A stretch of DNA of 35,177 nucleotides from Chrysochromulina tobinii (taxonomy: Eukaryota): positions 1 to 35,177 of the forward strand of contig JWZX01002947.1 in the NCBI GenBank assembly GCA_001275005.1, written 5' to 3'. Made by a program: the position numbers and the translations under genes. Under the pieces are notes generated by a model. It had not been told where the DNA came from. It did not search any database and worked only from the letters and a program-made list of their open reading frames with translations. Below are positions 1 to 9,884 of the stretch, piece after piece (the first letter of the stretch is position 1; every line of letters begins with the position of its first letter).

Positions 1-244
1 TAGTCAATGTCGCCAAAATTTTCGCGCCTGCGGCGGGCGGAAAATCTGCGCGCTACGCGCGCAGGGCAACTTGATTACCCCCCCTCTATAGAGCACCCCC
101 GTCACTTCCCAAGAGGCTGTCGACTACCCGGGTGGCGCCGCCGTTCTGCGAGAAGCAAGCAGGGTGAGCGGTGGACGCGCGGCGATCCTTAGCGGTCGTG
201 TGGTACGCATGAATTAACGAAACTGCCTTGCTGTATACCTTTGA

Positions 245-296
245 GTTGAGTTTGGTTCGGGAACGTTCAGGTTGAGTTTGGTTCGGGAACGTTCAG
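245..296. repeat. 26-nt tandem duplication upstream of first gene
   Basis: GTTGAGTTTGGTTCGGGAACGTTCAG occurs exactly at 245-270 and 271-296. Confidence 0.9.
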
Positions 297-342
297 GTGT
301 TTTTCACAGCAGGGGCCTCGTGAACTGCGCGGCTCCTTGAAG

Positions 343-1803
343 ATGAGGCAACCCGCGACGAAGGCCGAGTTCGACGCCGTCCTCGCTGCGGCCGGCGATC
401 GCGCCGTCGTTGTGGAGTTCACCGCAACCTGGTGCGTTCCGTGCAGCACGATCGCGCCGTTTTTCGAAGCACTCGCTGCCGAGTTCCCTTGGTGTGAGTT
501 CATCAAGGTTGATGTGGACCAGAACCATGAGACGGCGCAGGCGTGTGAAATCAGTGTAATGCCTATGGTCAAGGTCTTCCGGCAAGGCGAGGAGATTGGC
601 ATGGCGCTAGGCGCGAACCCCGAAAGCCTCCGACAGCTCCTAACCACGCACGCCGGCCCAAACTCGGCAGCCGCGAGAGATAAGGTGGCGGCGATGGCGG
701 AGAGTCCTAAGCCGGCACCGCCCATTCGTCCGAGATATTACGTCTTGCTCATCTCAGGCACGATGAATCCTCCTCACCTTGGCCATGTGCGCCTTGGGCT
801 CATAGCCGCCAAGCACTTGCGTGCATCGGGCCACACAGTCACTGCCATCTGCTACCTGCCAGTGCATGATAACTATCTCTGCAACAAGGTTCTATTGAAG
901 CGGAAGGCCACCGCGTCGCCTGATCTTGCGGACACAATGGCCTTTTCGATGGGCGAGCGCTGCGCCGCGCTCAAAGCGCTGCTGAAGAGTGAGCCCGCAG
1001 AGGAAACCAAACTCTGCCATGTGCTCGACTACGAGTGCACGAGCGGTGACGCCTCACTTCTCCAGGCGTCTCCCGGGTACTGGGCACCCAAGCTGCCCGA
1101 AGGCTACTTGAAGACGGTCCCAACCACAGCGGTCATCGCTCACTTTGCGGCGCACTCCCCGCTACTCGTCCCTGGTGCACGTCTCGGCCTCGTCTTCGGC
1201 GTGGACAATCTCGCCGGCATGGCCAGCTGGAACAACCCTGGCGAGCTGTTTGCTCACCGCGCCGACCTTGTGCTGGTCGCGCGCGCCATGGCGATGGTCA
1301 AGATGAGCAGTGATCCGTCGGAGCTGCTGCGGGCGCTCAAGCACCTCGATATTAGGGTCGCCGTGCCCGTGTTCCGTGGAGACACGGAGTTGCTCGGTGG
1401 CACGGTAGGTACCTATGAGAACCCTGGCGCCACGGGCGACGGCGCGCTCTTCGTGCTGCCACCGCTCGAGGGCGAAGACGAGATCTTGAGCTCGACGAGC
1501 CTTCGCGAGGCCATTGCCGCACGCATCGCCTCCGACGCAGCCGCCGCTGCTTCCGCCTCGAAGCGAGCCTCGAAACGACTCAAATCCGTCGCTGGTCCTC
1601 AGCTGGACGTAGGGCGGAGCAGTCCGCCCGAGGCGCTCTTTGCCAGGCACGGCTACCCCGCCTCATCCATTGACGCATTACTCAAGACAGCGACCGATGG
1701 CGAGTACGCCGTTCGCACGATGATCGCCGTAGGCAAAGAGCGTGGCGAGTGGATAGTGGGTCGCGCCACGACCCTTAACGGATCCTCGACGCTTGTACGC
1801 TGA
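343..1803 (+). CDS. Thioredoxin domain fused to nucleotidyltransferase (NMNAT/NadD-like, HxGH family)
   Basis: First ATG at 343. N-terminus VVVEFTATWCVPC...FIKVDVD...MP is a thioredoxin fold with WCxPC. Downstream are LISGTMNPPHLGH (GxxNPxHxGH), FGVDNLAGMASW and ILSSTSLR (ISST-like), the three NadD/NMNAT signature segments. Single exon. Confidence 0.8.
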   Translation: MRQPATKAEFDAVLAAAGDRAVVVEFTATWCVPCSTIAPFFEALAAEFPWCEFIKVDVDQNHETAQACEISVMPMVKVFRQGEEIGMALGANPESLRQLLTTHAGPNSAAARDKVAAMAESPKPAPPIRPRYYVLLISGTMNPPHLGHVRLGLIAAKHLRASGHTVTAICYLPVHDNYLCNKVLLKRKATASPDLADTMAFSMGERCAALKALLKSEPAEETKLCHVLDYECTSGDASLLQASPGYWAPKLPEGYLKTVPTTAVIAHFAAHSPLLVPGARLGLVFGVDNLAGMASWNNPGELFAHRADLVLVARAMAMVKMSSDPSELLRALKHLDIRVAVPVFRGDTELLGGTVGTYENPGATGDGALFVLPPLEGEDEILSSTSLREAIAARIASDAAAAASASKRASKRLKSVAGPQLDVGRSSPPEALFARHGYPASSIDALLKTATDGEYAVRTMIAVGKERGEWIVGRATTLNGSSTLVR

Positions 1804-2062
1804 GCTCGCGGTGGCGTTGCACTTCGGCAGCGCATGCTGCAGTATTGCGGTAACATAAAATCGGGATGCGGCATTTGGATTTCGAGTACTGCGCTTTGGG
1901 CCCGGTGCAGCTCATCTCGAGGCGCTGTAATTAACGAATTCTCGTACGTGAGCTCGTTAAGGGACGGGATTGAATGTTTAGAATCTAATAAGCCACGGGA
2001 GCTCGCCATGGCGCGACCGCGAGCCCCCTCAAGCGTCACTCACTTGAGCCCTCTGCCCTGAC

Positions 2063-2210
2063 CTCGACAACTCGAAAGGAAACTCGACAGCTACTCGACA
2101 GGTAGCTCGACAGCTACTCGACAGAACCCCCCTGACTCCATGCGACGGCGGCGTCAAGTGTCAAGCTCGACAGCTCTGGACAGCTCGACAGTCCTCGACA
2201 GACCTCGACA
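2063..2210. repeat. CTCGACA motif array (probable non-autonomous element or satellite)
   Basis: Nine exact CTCGACA copies starting at 2063, 2083, 2094, 2106, 2117, 2166, 2184, 2194 and 2204, in two clusters around a unique core. Confidence 0.8.
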
Positions 2211-2448
2211 CAAGAAGACACGAGATAAGACGAGGTCTAAGACTGGGATCTAGCACAAGCTGAGAGAAGCCAGGTTAGAGCCCCACTCCTTCAAGGTGAA
2301 GGTTGATGGGCCCACTGGTCAACTACACAACTTGGTGGCTGGATGATGTATGTTCTGGTGGACCTTTCGTTCATGCTCTTTCGTGCTCTTATTGACCTAA
2401 TTCTCCTCAGAATTGCATTAAGGTTGCATTTTCTGGTCTTGAAACCAG

Positions 2449-2550
2449 TGGCTAGGTAGGGGCTTAGGGTGGGTATTACAAAAATAACAGTAAAGAAACC
2501 TGTGGCTATGTAGGGGTTAGGGTGCAGGGTTAGGGGCTAGGGGCTAGGGT
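2449..2550 (+). repeat. Degenerate telomere-like (TTAGGG/CTAGGG) tract
   Basis: TTAGGG at 2464, 2517 and 2530; CTAGGG at 2537 and 2544; six G-runs in 2513-2549. Confidence 0.65.
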
Positions 2551-2746
2551 GTGACGCGTTAGTGTTAGTTCATGAGGGCATGGGGTCGCCGCGCGCCATG
2601 TACGTGCCTCCTCATATGAGCGATGCAGGCGGTTTGGCGCGTCGGCGCGGCGAGCCAATCGCTCGGGCGCCCCCAAGTTGCCCCTCGAGGCCGCGGCCTC
2701 AGTGCGCCAGCGCGGCGCTAACCGCGCTCGTGGGGCCGTGCGTCCG

Positions 2747-3120
2747 CCGGAGGCGTCCGAGCGACGCGCGGAGCGCGAAGCGAGGTCAGTGGAGGTGGCG
2801 CCCGAGCGACGCGCGGAGCGCGGAGCGAGGTGAGGCTTCCTCCCGCCGATGCTTGCCCGGCTGCGCGTGCGCCGCAGGCATCCCTACGCTGCCGACCGCC
2901 TGGCTGCGTTTGAGGCGTCCGAGCCACGCGCGGAGCGCGGAGCGAGGTGCGCGGAGGAGGCGCCCGAGCGACGCGCGCAGCGCGGAGCGAGGTGAGGCTT
3001 CCTCGCGCCGATGCTTGCCCGCCTGCGCGAGCGCCGCAGGCATCCGCCTGCAGCCGCTGCGGGCCCAGCTGCGTCTGAGGCGTCCGAGCGACGCGCGGAG
3101 CGCGGAGCGAGGTGCGCGGA
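2747..3120. repeat. Compound tandem repeat (~162-165-nt period) containing five 29-30-nt hairpin sub-repeats
   Basis: CGAGCGACGCGCGGAGCGCGGAGCGAGGT-like units at 2758, 2803, 2920, 2965 and 3085. Confidence 0.85.
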
Positions 3121-3954
3121 GGGGGCGCCGAGAGACGCGCGCCTGTCGCTCGACACCGTCGCATTGCGACGGTGTCGAGTGCATCTTTGCGTTTACCGAG
3201 GGGGGGGGAGGCGCGCCATCGGGCGCGTCGGTGCACACAGGTTCGACGCCGCCGTCGTCTCCAATCGCGCCCTTCCATCGTCCCCTTCCCAGCGGATGCG
3301 CGCCGCAGGCTCCCGCCCGCCGCCTTTCCGCCGTCGGCGCTGCCTCGACCTCCTCCTCCTCCTCCTCTACCTCTCCGAAGTCGCCGGAGCCTCCCCCGCT
3401 TCGGCCTTCGCCGCAGCTGTCGCCGCCAGGGCTCGCCCGTGCGGGAAGTTTGTTGCCCTGGCCGAATTGGCTGCGGGACGGTAGGAACGTACTGGGGCCG
3501 GCGCACTCTGGATTCGTGTGGTGTATGACGTGGAGTATGGCGGCAATGGGCATGTCCAACGCTGGCGGCAGCGCCGGCGTCGGCGGCAAGCGCGCCAGAG
3601 AGTTAAAGAACGTGTGTTTGCCCTTCGGGCGTTAGGCGTACGGTACAGGCTTCCTAATAAACACCGCACGTCGTCCACGTACCGACTCCGTGGAAGAACG
3701 GGTAAAATACGCACACCCACATCGGGCGGCGCCTTTAATCACTTTGGCTAGCCAACCAGTCAGCGTTGCGCTGAGTGGCCCGGTTCGCTCGAACCGAGCG
3801 AACCTTCCCCCAAACTTATACGTGAACGTCAATCGCGATTGAGAGACAATCAATCATTCACAAGAAGCGCGCGCGCCGCACGACTGTGCGCACGGCACGC
3901 ACGCACGCACCGAGCGGTCATCTCGCGCCCTGCAGGCGAACAGGCCCGCCCGCG

Positions 3955-5543
3955 ATGACGTCTTCCGCGTCACAGTGGATATACCCAAGTTTGGCGCTCA
4001 ACTGCATCTTCTTCCTGAACCTCGTAGTGCGCGGCAATCTTGTCCCATGTAATGCTGTGCCATGTTTCGTGATGACGCCGTCTGCAAGTTCAGCGACGCC
4101 GTCTGCAAGTTCAGCGACGCCGTCTGCAAGTTCAGCGACGCCGTCTGCAAGTTCAGCGACGCCGTCTGCAAGTTCAGCGACCCCGTCTGCAAGTCCAGCG
4201 ACCCCGTCTGCAAGCTCAGAGGCCGAATCCATGCCTCCAAAGGACCCACATAGTTTGCCACTCTGGGCCAGGTTCGCACGGTATCCAGGGCCCGATTGGA
4301 ACAAGCTCTTCGATAAGGAGGAGCGAAAGCCCATTCAATCTTCTCCGCCGACGCCGCCGTATCCGCCGCCAGGGCCGGCTCAGGCGGTTGGTTCGCCCGC
4401 GTGCACGCATTTGCTCGAGTGTAGCCTCTCCAAGGGTACGCGGTCCAAGGTGTACCAAGCGTTCCAGAATGGGTACACGCACCTGATCCCGGACGAACTT
4501 GGATACGAGAGTGGCATCCGAGACATCGCCGACGGCGGCAGCGAGCTCCTCGTCCCTATTCGAAAGCAAATCATGCCGCCCGCTGCCAACATCCAGCTTG
4601 ACTGGAAGCCTGCGCCGTGGCCCACTCGCATCGATCTCAACCACCTCAACTGGGCAGCCCTCCCGAATGGGGAAAGGTTCCGCGAGTGCGGGAAATCGCA
4701 TGCACACAATGCTGAAGTGCACTTATACTGCAAGTGCGTGCTCCGCTTGCGTCGATCGTTTGTTCTTGGAGCCCTCACCACCTCGAAGCTGGCGTCTCAG
4801 AAACCAACCTTTGTTTGCCCGCAGGTATTTTACGAAGCAGTCCCTATTGTGGAATAAGGACTACTGGCCGGGGGCTGGGCCCTACGAAGACATCCCCGAC
4901 CACGTGTTCGATCGGCCAGACGTGCGGCTGGTACTTGATATAGGTGCAGGCAACGGCAACCTCGCCGTCAACTTGTTTCGGCGATATGGCGATCGCATCA
5001 TCACAGTGTCCACCACGCTCATCGTCGCCGCCGAGACTGTCCCCACGCTTCCGCCGCCCTTCATGCAAGTGATCGCGGCGCGTGGCTTCCCCACTGTGGC
5101 GCTCGACATCTTCTCATTCTTCCCCTTTGGCGAATCAACGTTTGACGTGATTCACACGAGCTGGGTCTATACCAGCGGCTTCACGCGCCACGCCATCATG
5201 GAGATGTGAGCAGTCGTCACGCGATTCCAACCTTGTCAAGTGATTCCAACCTTGCTTCACACACGCTGTCTGCTGAGCGGTGGTACCTAATCGGTTGGGC
5301 AGGTACCGTGTGCTGCGCCCCGGCGGGTACTTGATCCATACGGTGTGGGATAAGATGGCCTCCACCAGGGGCACGCTGCTCCTTGAATCGCTCGCCGCGA
5401 AGATGAATTGGAAGCTACTCGCCCATTACGAGACCTTCTCGGGCCGCAATGTGACCCAGGCGAAACTACGGGGGGACAAGGTACCTTACGACACCTACAA
5501 GACCATCTATCAGATGCCAAGCTACAAATACTCGAAGAAGTAG
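3955..5543 (+). CDS. Membrane-anchored class I SAM-dependent methyltransferase (resembles Methyltransf_29/PMT-type); exons 3955-4733, 4825-5205, 5303-5543
   Basis: N-terminal hydrophobic anchor (WIYPSLALNCIFFLNLVV) and a Ser/Ala/Pro stem. Motif I VLDIGAGNG, PFMQVIAARG, PFGESTFDVIH, and EM|YRVLRPGGY restored by splicing. GT-AG introns 4734-4824 and 5206-5302 join three ORFs in frame. Confidence 0.8.
4074..4215 (+). repeat. 21-nt coding minisatellite (TPSASSA repeats)
   Basis: GACGCCGTCTGCAAGTTCAGC repeated about 6.5 times in frame. Confidence 0.95.
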
Positions 5544-5789
5544 GAAGTCCTGCAGGTACGTGTGAGTCAATTCAGGCAAGTAATACCAACGGCTGGCCAC
5601 ATGTGCACTGCTTGTAAACTGCTTGGACATGGTTCCACTGACATGTTCTTCACTGTGTTTACTCTGTTGACTCATGGCTGGGAGCGCGTCTTGATCTTTG
5701 TGTGTCACGAGTCGAGACTGAGGTCTGAGCCCAGCGGCGATCCGCGCGGCGGGACCGGCTGGGGGCGAGCGATTAGGCGAGCGACGTGG

Positions 5790-6065
5790 GACGTGTACCG
5801 ACATGTATTCCCGGTGTGTCATGTATCTGAGGGTTAGGATACATTGTATCCTAAATGTATTTCGAATGTATCGTAAAGAAGGATACATATCCCTGAGGTA
5901 TGTAGGTAATAAGTATACATTTCCTATGATAGATTGATTAGCCAAAGTGACAGATACAAATGTTTCTCGCCGAAACGGCCGGCTCGTGCCGGCCATGATG
6001 CATGAAGTCAGAAGTTTCTCGCCGAAACGGCCGTCTTGCCGGCCATGAAGTCAGTATCTCGCCAC
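5790..6065. repeat. AT-richer GATACA/TGTATC motif island followed by a short imperfect tandem duplication
   Basis: Perfect inverted repeat TTAGGATACA-T-TGTATCCTAA at 5834-5854 and several more GATACA/TGTAT motifs. GTTTCTCGCCGAAACGGCCG...GCCGGCCATGA occurs twice in 5962-6053. Confidence 0.6.
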
Positions 6066-6600
6066 AGGCCTGCCTGGCTGCCGATCGTCCACATCTACTG
6101 TGCAATCGTAGTGGCAAGCGTAGTCGAGAGTACTAAGGGACTTGAGTATTATTGCTCGACCCCCCGATAACCATGCTTGGCATGGCATAGAGAGTCCCCC
6201 TAACTGCTACTACATGAGTAAAGGACTAGCCCATTCTACGTCGCGGCCGCTGAGTGGGGGGTGCGCGGGCCCCTTGCTGACTCATGTTGACGTCGAGGCG
6301 AGGGCGACAAGCGCACGAAAGGAGTGCGCGAGGAGGCCGGTGCTCAGCGAGGAGGTGGGCGATGGCGCTAATACTAATAGAGCGCGAAGTCCGCAGTTTT
6401 AAGTGACCGTTGAGGCCGAGCGGTTGAGGCCGGCGTGGTACCGGTGATGGGGTTGGTTGGTGGGTGTTGTCGAAGAGCGTGACGACACCGCTCTGAGGAG
6501 AGCTGCGTCTCTGCCATGACGAGGCGAGGCCGGGTCCTTTTGGTTGTTTCATCTCCGACGTTTCGTAAGTCGTTTCGTCGTCGACGTTACATGTACATAC

Positions 6601-7042
6601 GATTTCACACCCCTGTGAAATCGCAGGTGGCGTGTGTGATTCCCGGTGTGATTTCACACCCTACTGTGAAATCATACGCCCTGCGAAAGCACACCCCCTG
6701 TGATTTCGTAGCCGGCATGTGCGAAATCACAGCCCATCGTGAAAACGCACCCCTCGCGCCTCGGTGTGACTTCACACGAGGTCCCTGTGAAAATTATTCT
6801 GCGCGCAGACTGGACTATCAGACTGCGAAATCACACCCCCTGTGATTTTGCACCCGGCATGTGCGAAATCACAGCCTCTCGTGAAAACACACCCCTCGAT
6901 TTCACACGTGCCGCGTGTGATTTCACAGGTCCCTGTGAAAATGCATGCCCAGCGAAAACACACCCCCTGAGTGATTTCGCACCCGACATGATGTGCGAAA
7001 TCTCAGCCTCTCGTGAAAACACATCTGGTGGGATTTCACACA
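6601..7042. repeat. GTGAAA/TTTCAC-rich repeat island (probable non-autonomous mobile element)
   Basis: Hairpins GATTTCACA..TGTGAAATC at 6601-6622 and 6650-6673. Three diverged ~65-nt copies of CACCCCCTGTGATTT..CCGGCATGTGCGAAATCACAGCC..TCGTGAAAAC near 6690, 6832 and 6960. Confidence 0.75.
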
Positions 7043-7148
7043 CACAATGTTTTCGAGGGGTGTTTCCAAAGAGAAAGCGAGCTCTGGGAAAGCAAGCTAG
7101 CCTTCCGTGCAAATGGTGTGAGCTCCCGCGCTTGCCGTCTCGGGATCG

Positions 7149-8780
7149 ATGGGCGATGCTCAATCGAATTCAATAGGACCCTTGACGGCGAGCGCTCCAG
7201 TCCCGCAGCACCAGACCGTTCGGGGGCCACCCCTCGACGCAACGACGATACTCGACAGCACCACAGGTGCCCAAACCTGCGGTCGCGACGAGAGGGCCGA
7301 CAACCCGAAGCGGACGTGCACCGATGGCGGCGGAGCACGCAAGAGGGCGGATTGCGTGGTCTGCCTTGAACCTCGCGATGTGCTCATTCAATGCGACGAG
7401 GGCCACCCGATCTGCCGAGATTGCCTCGAGATGCACATTCTCACGAACGTGGAGAAGCTTCGGAAGACAGACTACCTGCCGGCGAAGGCAGATACGGCGC
7501 AGATCAGTGAGGACGGTGCCACACTCGCCTTCCTCCGCGGCGCCTGCTCTTGCCCGCTCCGCGATCATGGCTGCGGTGCGGCGCCATTTGGCGACCGCTT
7601 GATCGCATTGAACGTGAGCGATCGTGCCTTCGCCGAGTACTCCGAGGGGAAGGCGCTGCTCCCCATCGCGCGCAAGGTGGACCAGGTTGTCCAGGAGGGT
7701 TCCGAGCTCGCCTTGCTCATGCCAAACGCTCGCATGTGTGCGCGCTGCCACTATGGCCCCGTTGAGCTCGCGGCGGGGAGCTGCAATGATCTGACGATGC
7801 ACCACGGCGAGGTTCGGCCCGGGAGGGCGCAAGTGAGTAACGCGTGCCCGAACTGTGGCTGGTTCGCGGAGACTATCCACGCGTGGCCGAGGTGGGTGCG
7901 GCAGACAACGGCCGAGGAGGCCACCTGGGCGACGGTGCACGCAGCGCAAGAGAGACGAGGGGGACGGCGGGGCGAGCCAAGCGCCGCTGCGGTGGAGCGC
8001 GCAGTGGCCGACGCGGATCCAGCCGCGCTCGTGGCGTTGTTCCAAGCGTGCGCCATCGGTGCGCGGACGCCGGTGGCGAGTGGCATCGCCATCCTCGCCG
8101 ACAGACCGCCTGGACAGTCGACAGATCCGATGCGTGGGGCACTCGCCGCGGCCGGCGCCATCCCGCCGCTGGTGGCGATGCTGAGGAATGGCACCGCTGA
8201 GGAGCAGGCTGCAGCCGCGGAGGCCTTGTGGAAGCTAGCGCGCGACGCTCCCATCGGGGCGGTCATCGTAGCGGCGGGCGCCCTCGGGCCGCTCGCGGCG
8301 CTTGTGCGCGACGGCGACGCTCAAGGCATGGAGAACGCCGCCGGCGCGTTGGGGAATCTGGCGACAGGCGGCGCTGCCATCCAGGCGGCCATCGTAGCGG
8401 CGGGCGGCCTCGTGCCGCTCGCGGCGCTCGTGCGCGACGGCGACGCTCAAGGCAAGGAGAACGCCGCCGGCGCGTTGCGGAATCTGGCGACCGGCGACGC
8501 TGCCATCCAGGCGGCCATCGTAGCGGCGGGCGCCCTCGAGCCGCTCGCGGCGCTCGTGCGCGACGGCGACGCTCGAGGCAAGGCGAACGCCGCCGGCGCA
8601 TTGGCGAATCTGTCGACCGGCGACGCTGCCATCCAGGCGGCCATCGTAGCGGCGGGCGCCCTCGTGCCGCTCGCGGCGCTTGTGCCCGACGGCGACGCTC
8701 AAGGCATGGCGAGGGCCGTGGCCGCGTTGCAGAGTCTGGCGGCTGCCGCCGCGTTGGCGAGTCAACCCGATGTCGACTAG
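7149..8780 (+). CDS. RING/RBR-like zinc-finger protein with C-terminal armadillo repeats (putative E3 ligase)
   Basis: RING-like CVVC..CDEGHPICRDC..CPLRDHGC. Second Cys/His cluster CARC..GSCNDL..HH..CPNC resembles the RBR RING2/Rcat pattern. 42-aa ARM repeats (AAGALxPLAALVRDGDAQGKENAAGALxNLA). Confidence 0.75.
   Translation: MGDAQSNSIGPLTASAPVPQHQTVRGPPLDATTILDSTTGAQTCGRDERADNPKRTCTDGGGARKRADCVVCLEPRDVLIQCDEGHPICRDCLEMHILTNVEKLRKTDYLPAKADTAQISEDGATLAFLRGACSCPLRDHGCGAAPFGDRLIALNVSDRAFAEYSEGKALLPIARKVDQVVQEGSELALLMPNARMCARCHYGPVELAAGSCNDLTMHHGEVRPGRAQVSNACPNCGWFAETIHAWPRWVRQTTAEEATWATVHAAQERRGGRRGEPSAAAVERAVADADPAALVALFQACAIGARTPVASGIAILADRPPGQSTDPMRGALAAAGAIPPLVAMLRNGTAEEQAAAAEALWKLARDAPIGAVIVAAGALGPLAALVRDGDAQGMENAAGALGNLATGGAAIQAAIVAAGGLVPLAALVRDGDAQGKENAAGALRNLATGDAAIQAAIVAAGALEPLAALVRDGDARGKANAAGALANLSTGDAAIQAAIVAAGALVPLAALVPDGDAQGMARAVAALQSLAAAAALASQPDVD
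8260..8710 (+). repeat. 126-nt coding tandem repeat (armadillo repeats, about 3.5 near-identical copies)
   Basis: ATCGTAGCGGCGGGCG recurs every 126 nt with very high DNA identity, indicating recent expansion. Confidence 0.9.
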
Positions 8781-9416
8781 CCGGCGGCCGGCGGCGTGTG
8801 CAATGAGTACCGAGTCGACGTGGCCGGAGCCAACTTCGGTGATTGCAAGTGTGGCTTTCCGAAGAGTGCCCATGCGGAGAGCGCGATGAAAGGCGATCGC
8901 CGTGGCGAGCGCCAAGAAGATGATGGGACCCTGAATGCAACCGTAATGCAACCCGGCTACGGCGTCCCCGGTTTGATGGGCACCCCGATGGACCAGTATG
9001 GCCTGATGGGACAGATGGGGCGCGGCGCGGGCGCCGGCCGTATGCAGCAGGGACAGCGCGGCGGCCCCGGCGGCCAGATGCGTGGCGGCAAGGGCGGGCC
9101 TGACATGCAGGGAGTCATGCAGGGCATGTAGGGCATGCAGAGCGTGCAGGGAGCCATGCAGGGAGCCATGACGGAAGCCTCACTCGCGGCGGCGGCGCCC
9201 GACCAGCAGAAGCAGCTCCTCGGCGAGCGCCTCTTCCCGCTCATCTCCCAGGTTCAGCCGGCCTTTTCCGGCAAGATCACGGGCATGCTCCTCGAAATGG
9301 ACGACGGCGAGCTGCTCAACCTTCTCGAGTCGCCCGAAGCGCTCATCGCCAAGATCGTGGAGGCGGTCTCAGCGCTCGAGATGCACGCCGCCGAGGGCGA
9401 TGTCAACCCCGAGTAA
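8781..9416 (+). pseudogene. In-frame continuation behind TAG stops: small Cys/His finger, Gln/Met/Gly linker and PABP-type MLLE (PABC) domain
   Basis: Same frame as 7149-8780, with TAG at 8778-8780 and 9129-9131. [24 protein letters not shown]...[11 protein letters not shown] is the canonical MLLE domain. Pseudogene versus readthrough status is unresolved. Confidence 0.6.
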
Positions 9417-9884
9417 GCGCTCGGCTCAGCGCGAGACCCGGCAACCAGGACGGCACGGCGCGGCACGTAGTGCGGGGCTGGAGTGTGTTTGCGCCTCCAG
9501 CCCCCCATTGCGTGCCGTCGGGACCGGGGTGCTCCTTTGTGAACCACCGGTACGACAGCGCGACGACAGCACGCCACAAAGTCATTGCCCATCGCCCGCG
9601 CGACCCTCCTAAGACCCTCCGAAGCAACAAAATCCGACGTGACGCGCGTCCGGCCAAAGCGGCCAGAAAAAATGCGTCGAAGAAAAAACTAAAACCAAGA
9701 GTAAATCGCTGCGCCGCGCGCGATGAGTTCTTCTCGAGCGGCTTCTACGTGTCTTACTAGAGTGTCTAGTTTCACACAGATGATCGAGCGACGCCGACCG
9801 GGCGCGGTGAGCGAGCCTGCAGCCTCACGCCCACACCGCCCCCGCACCGGACGTCCGGACCGTGGTGCGAGTCTCGGGCGACCA

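Noticed and set aside
164..309. 5' UTR intron of the thioredoxin fusion gene (GTGAGC...TTTTCACAG)
   Set aside because: Splice-like ends are plausible but there is no reading-frame constraint to support it.
2562..3635. Long overlapping ORFs (357, 267 and 262 aa) as protein genes
   Set aside because: No recognisable domain. Openness is explained by very high GC and tandem repeats.
8778..9131. Genome-wide TAG-to-Gln codon reassignment
   Set aside because: PP4c ends at its conserved DYFL with TAG, and other long genes contain no internal TAG, so the code appears standard.
9710..9770. Helitron 3' end (hairpin plus CTAG) explaining PABP fragment capture
   Set aside because: The hairpin is imperfect and too far from the CTAG, and no 5' end or Rep/helicase is visible.
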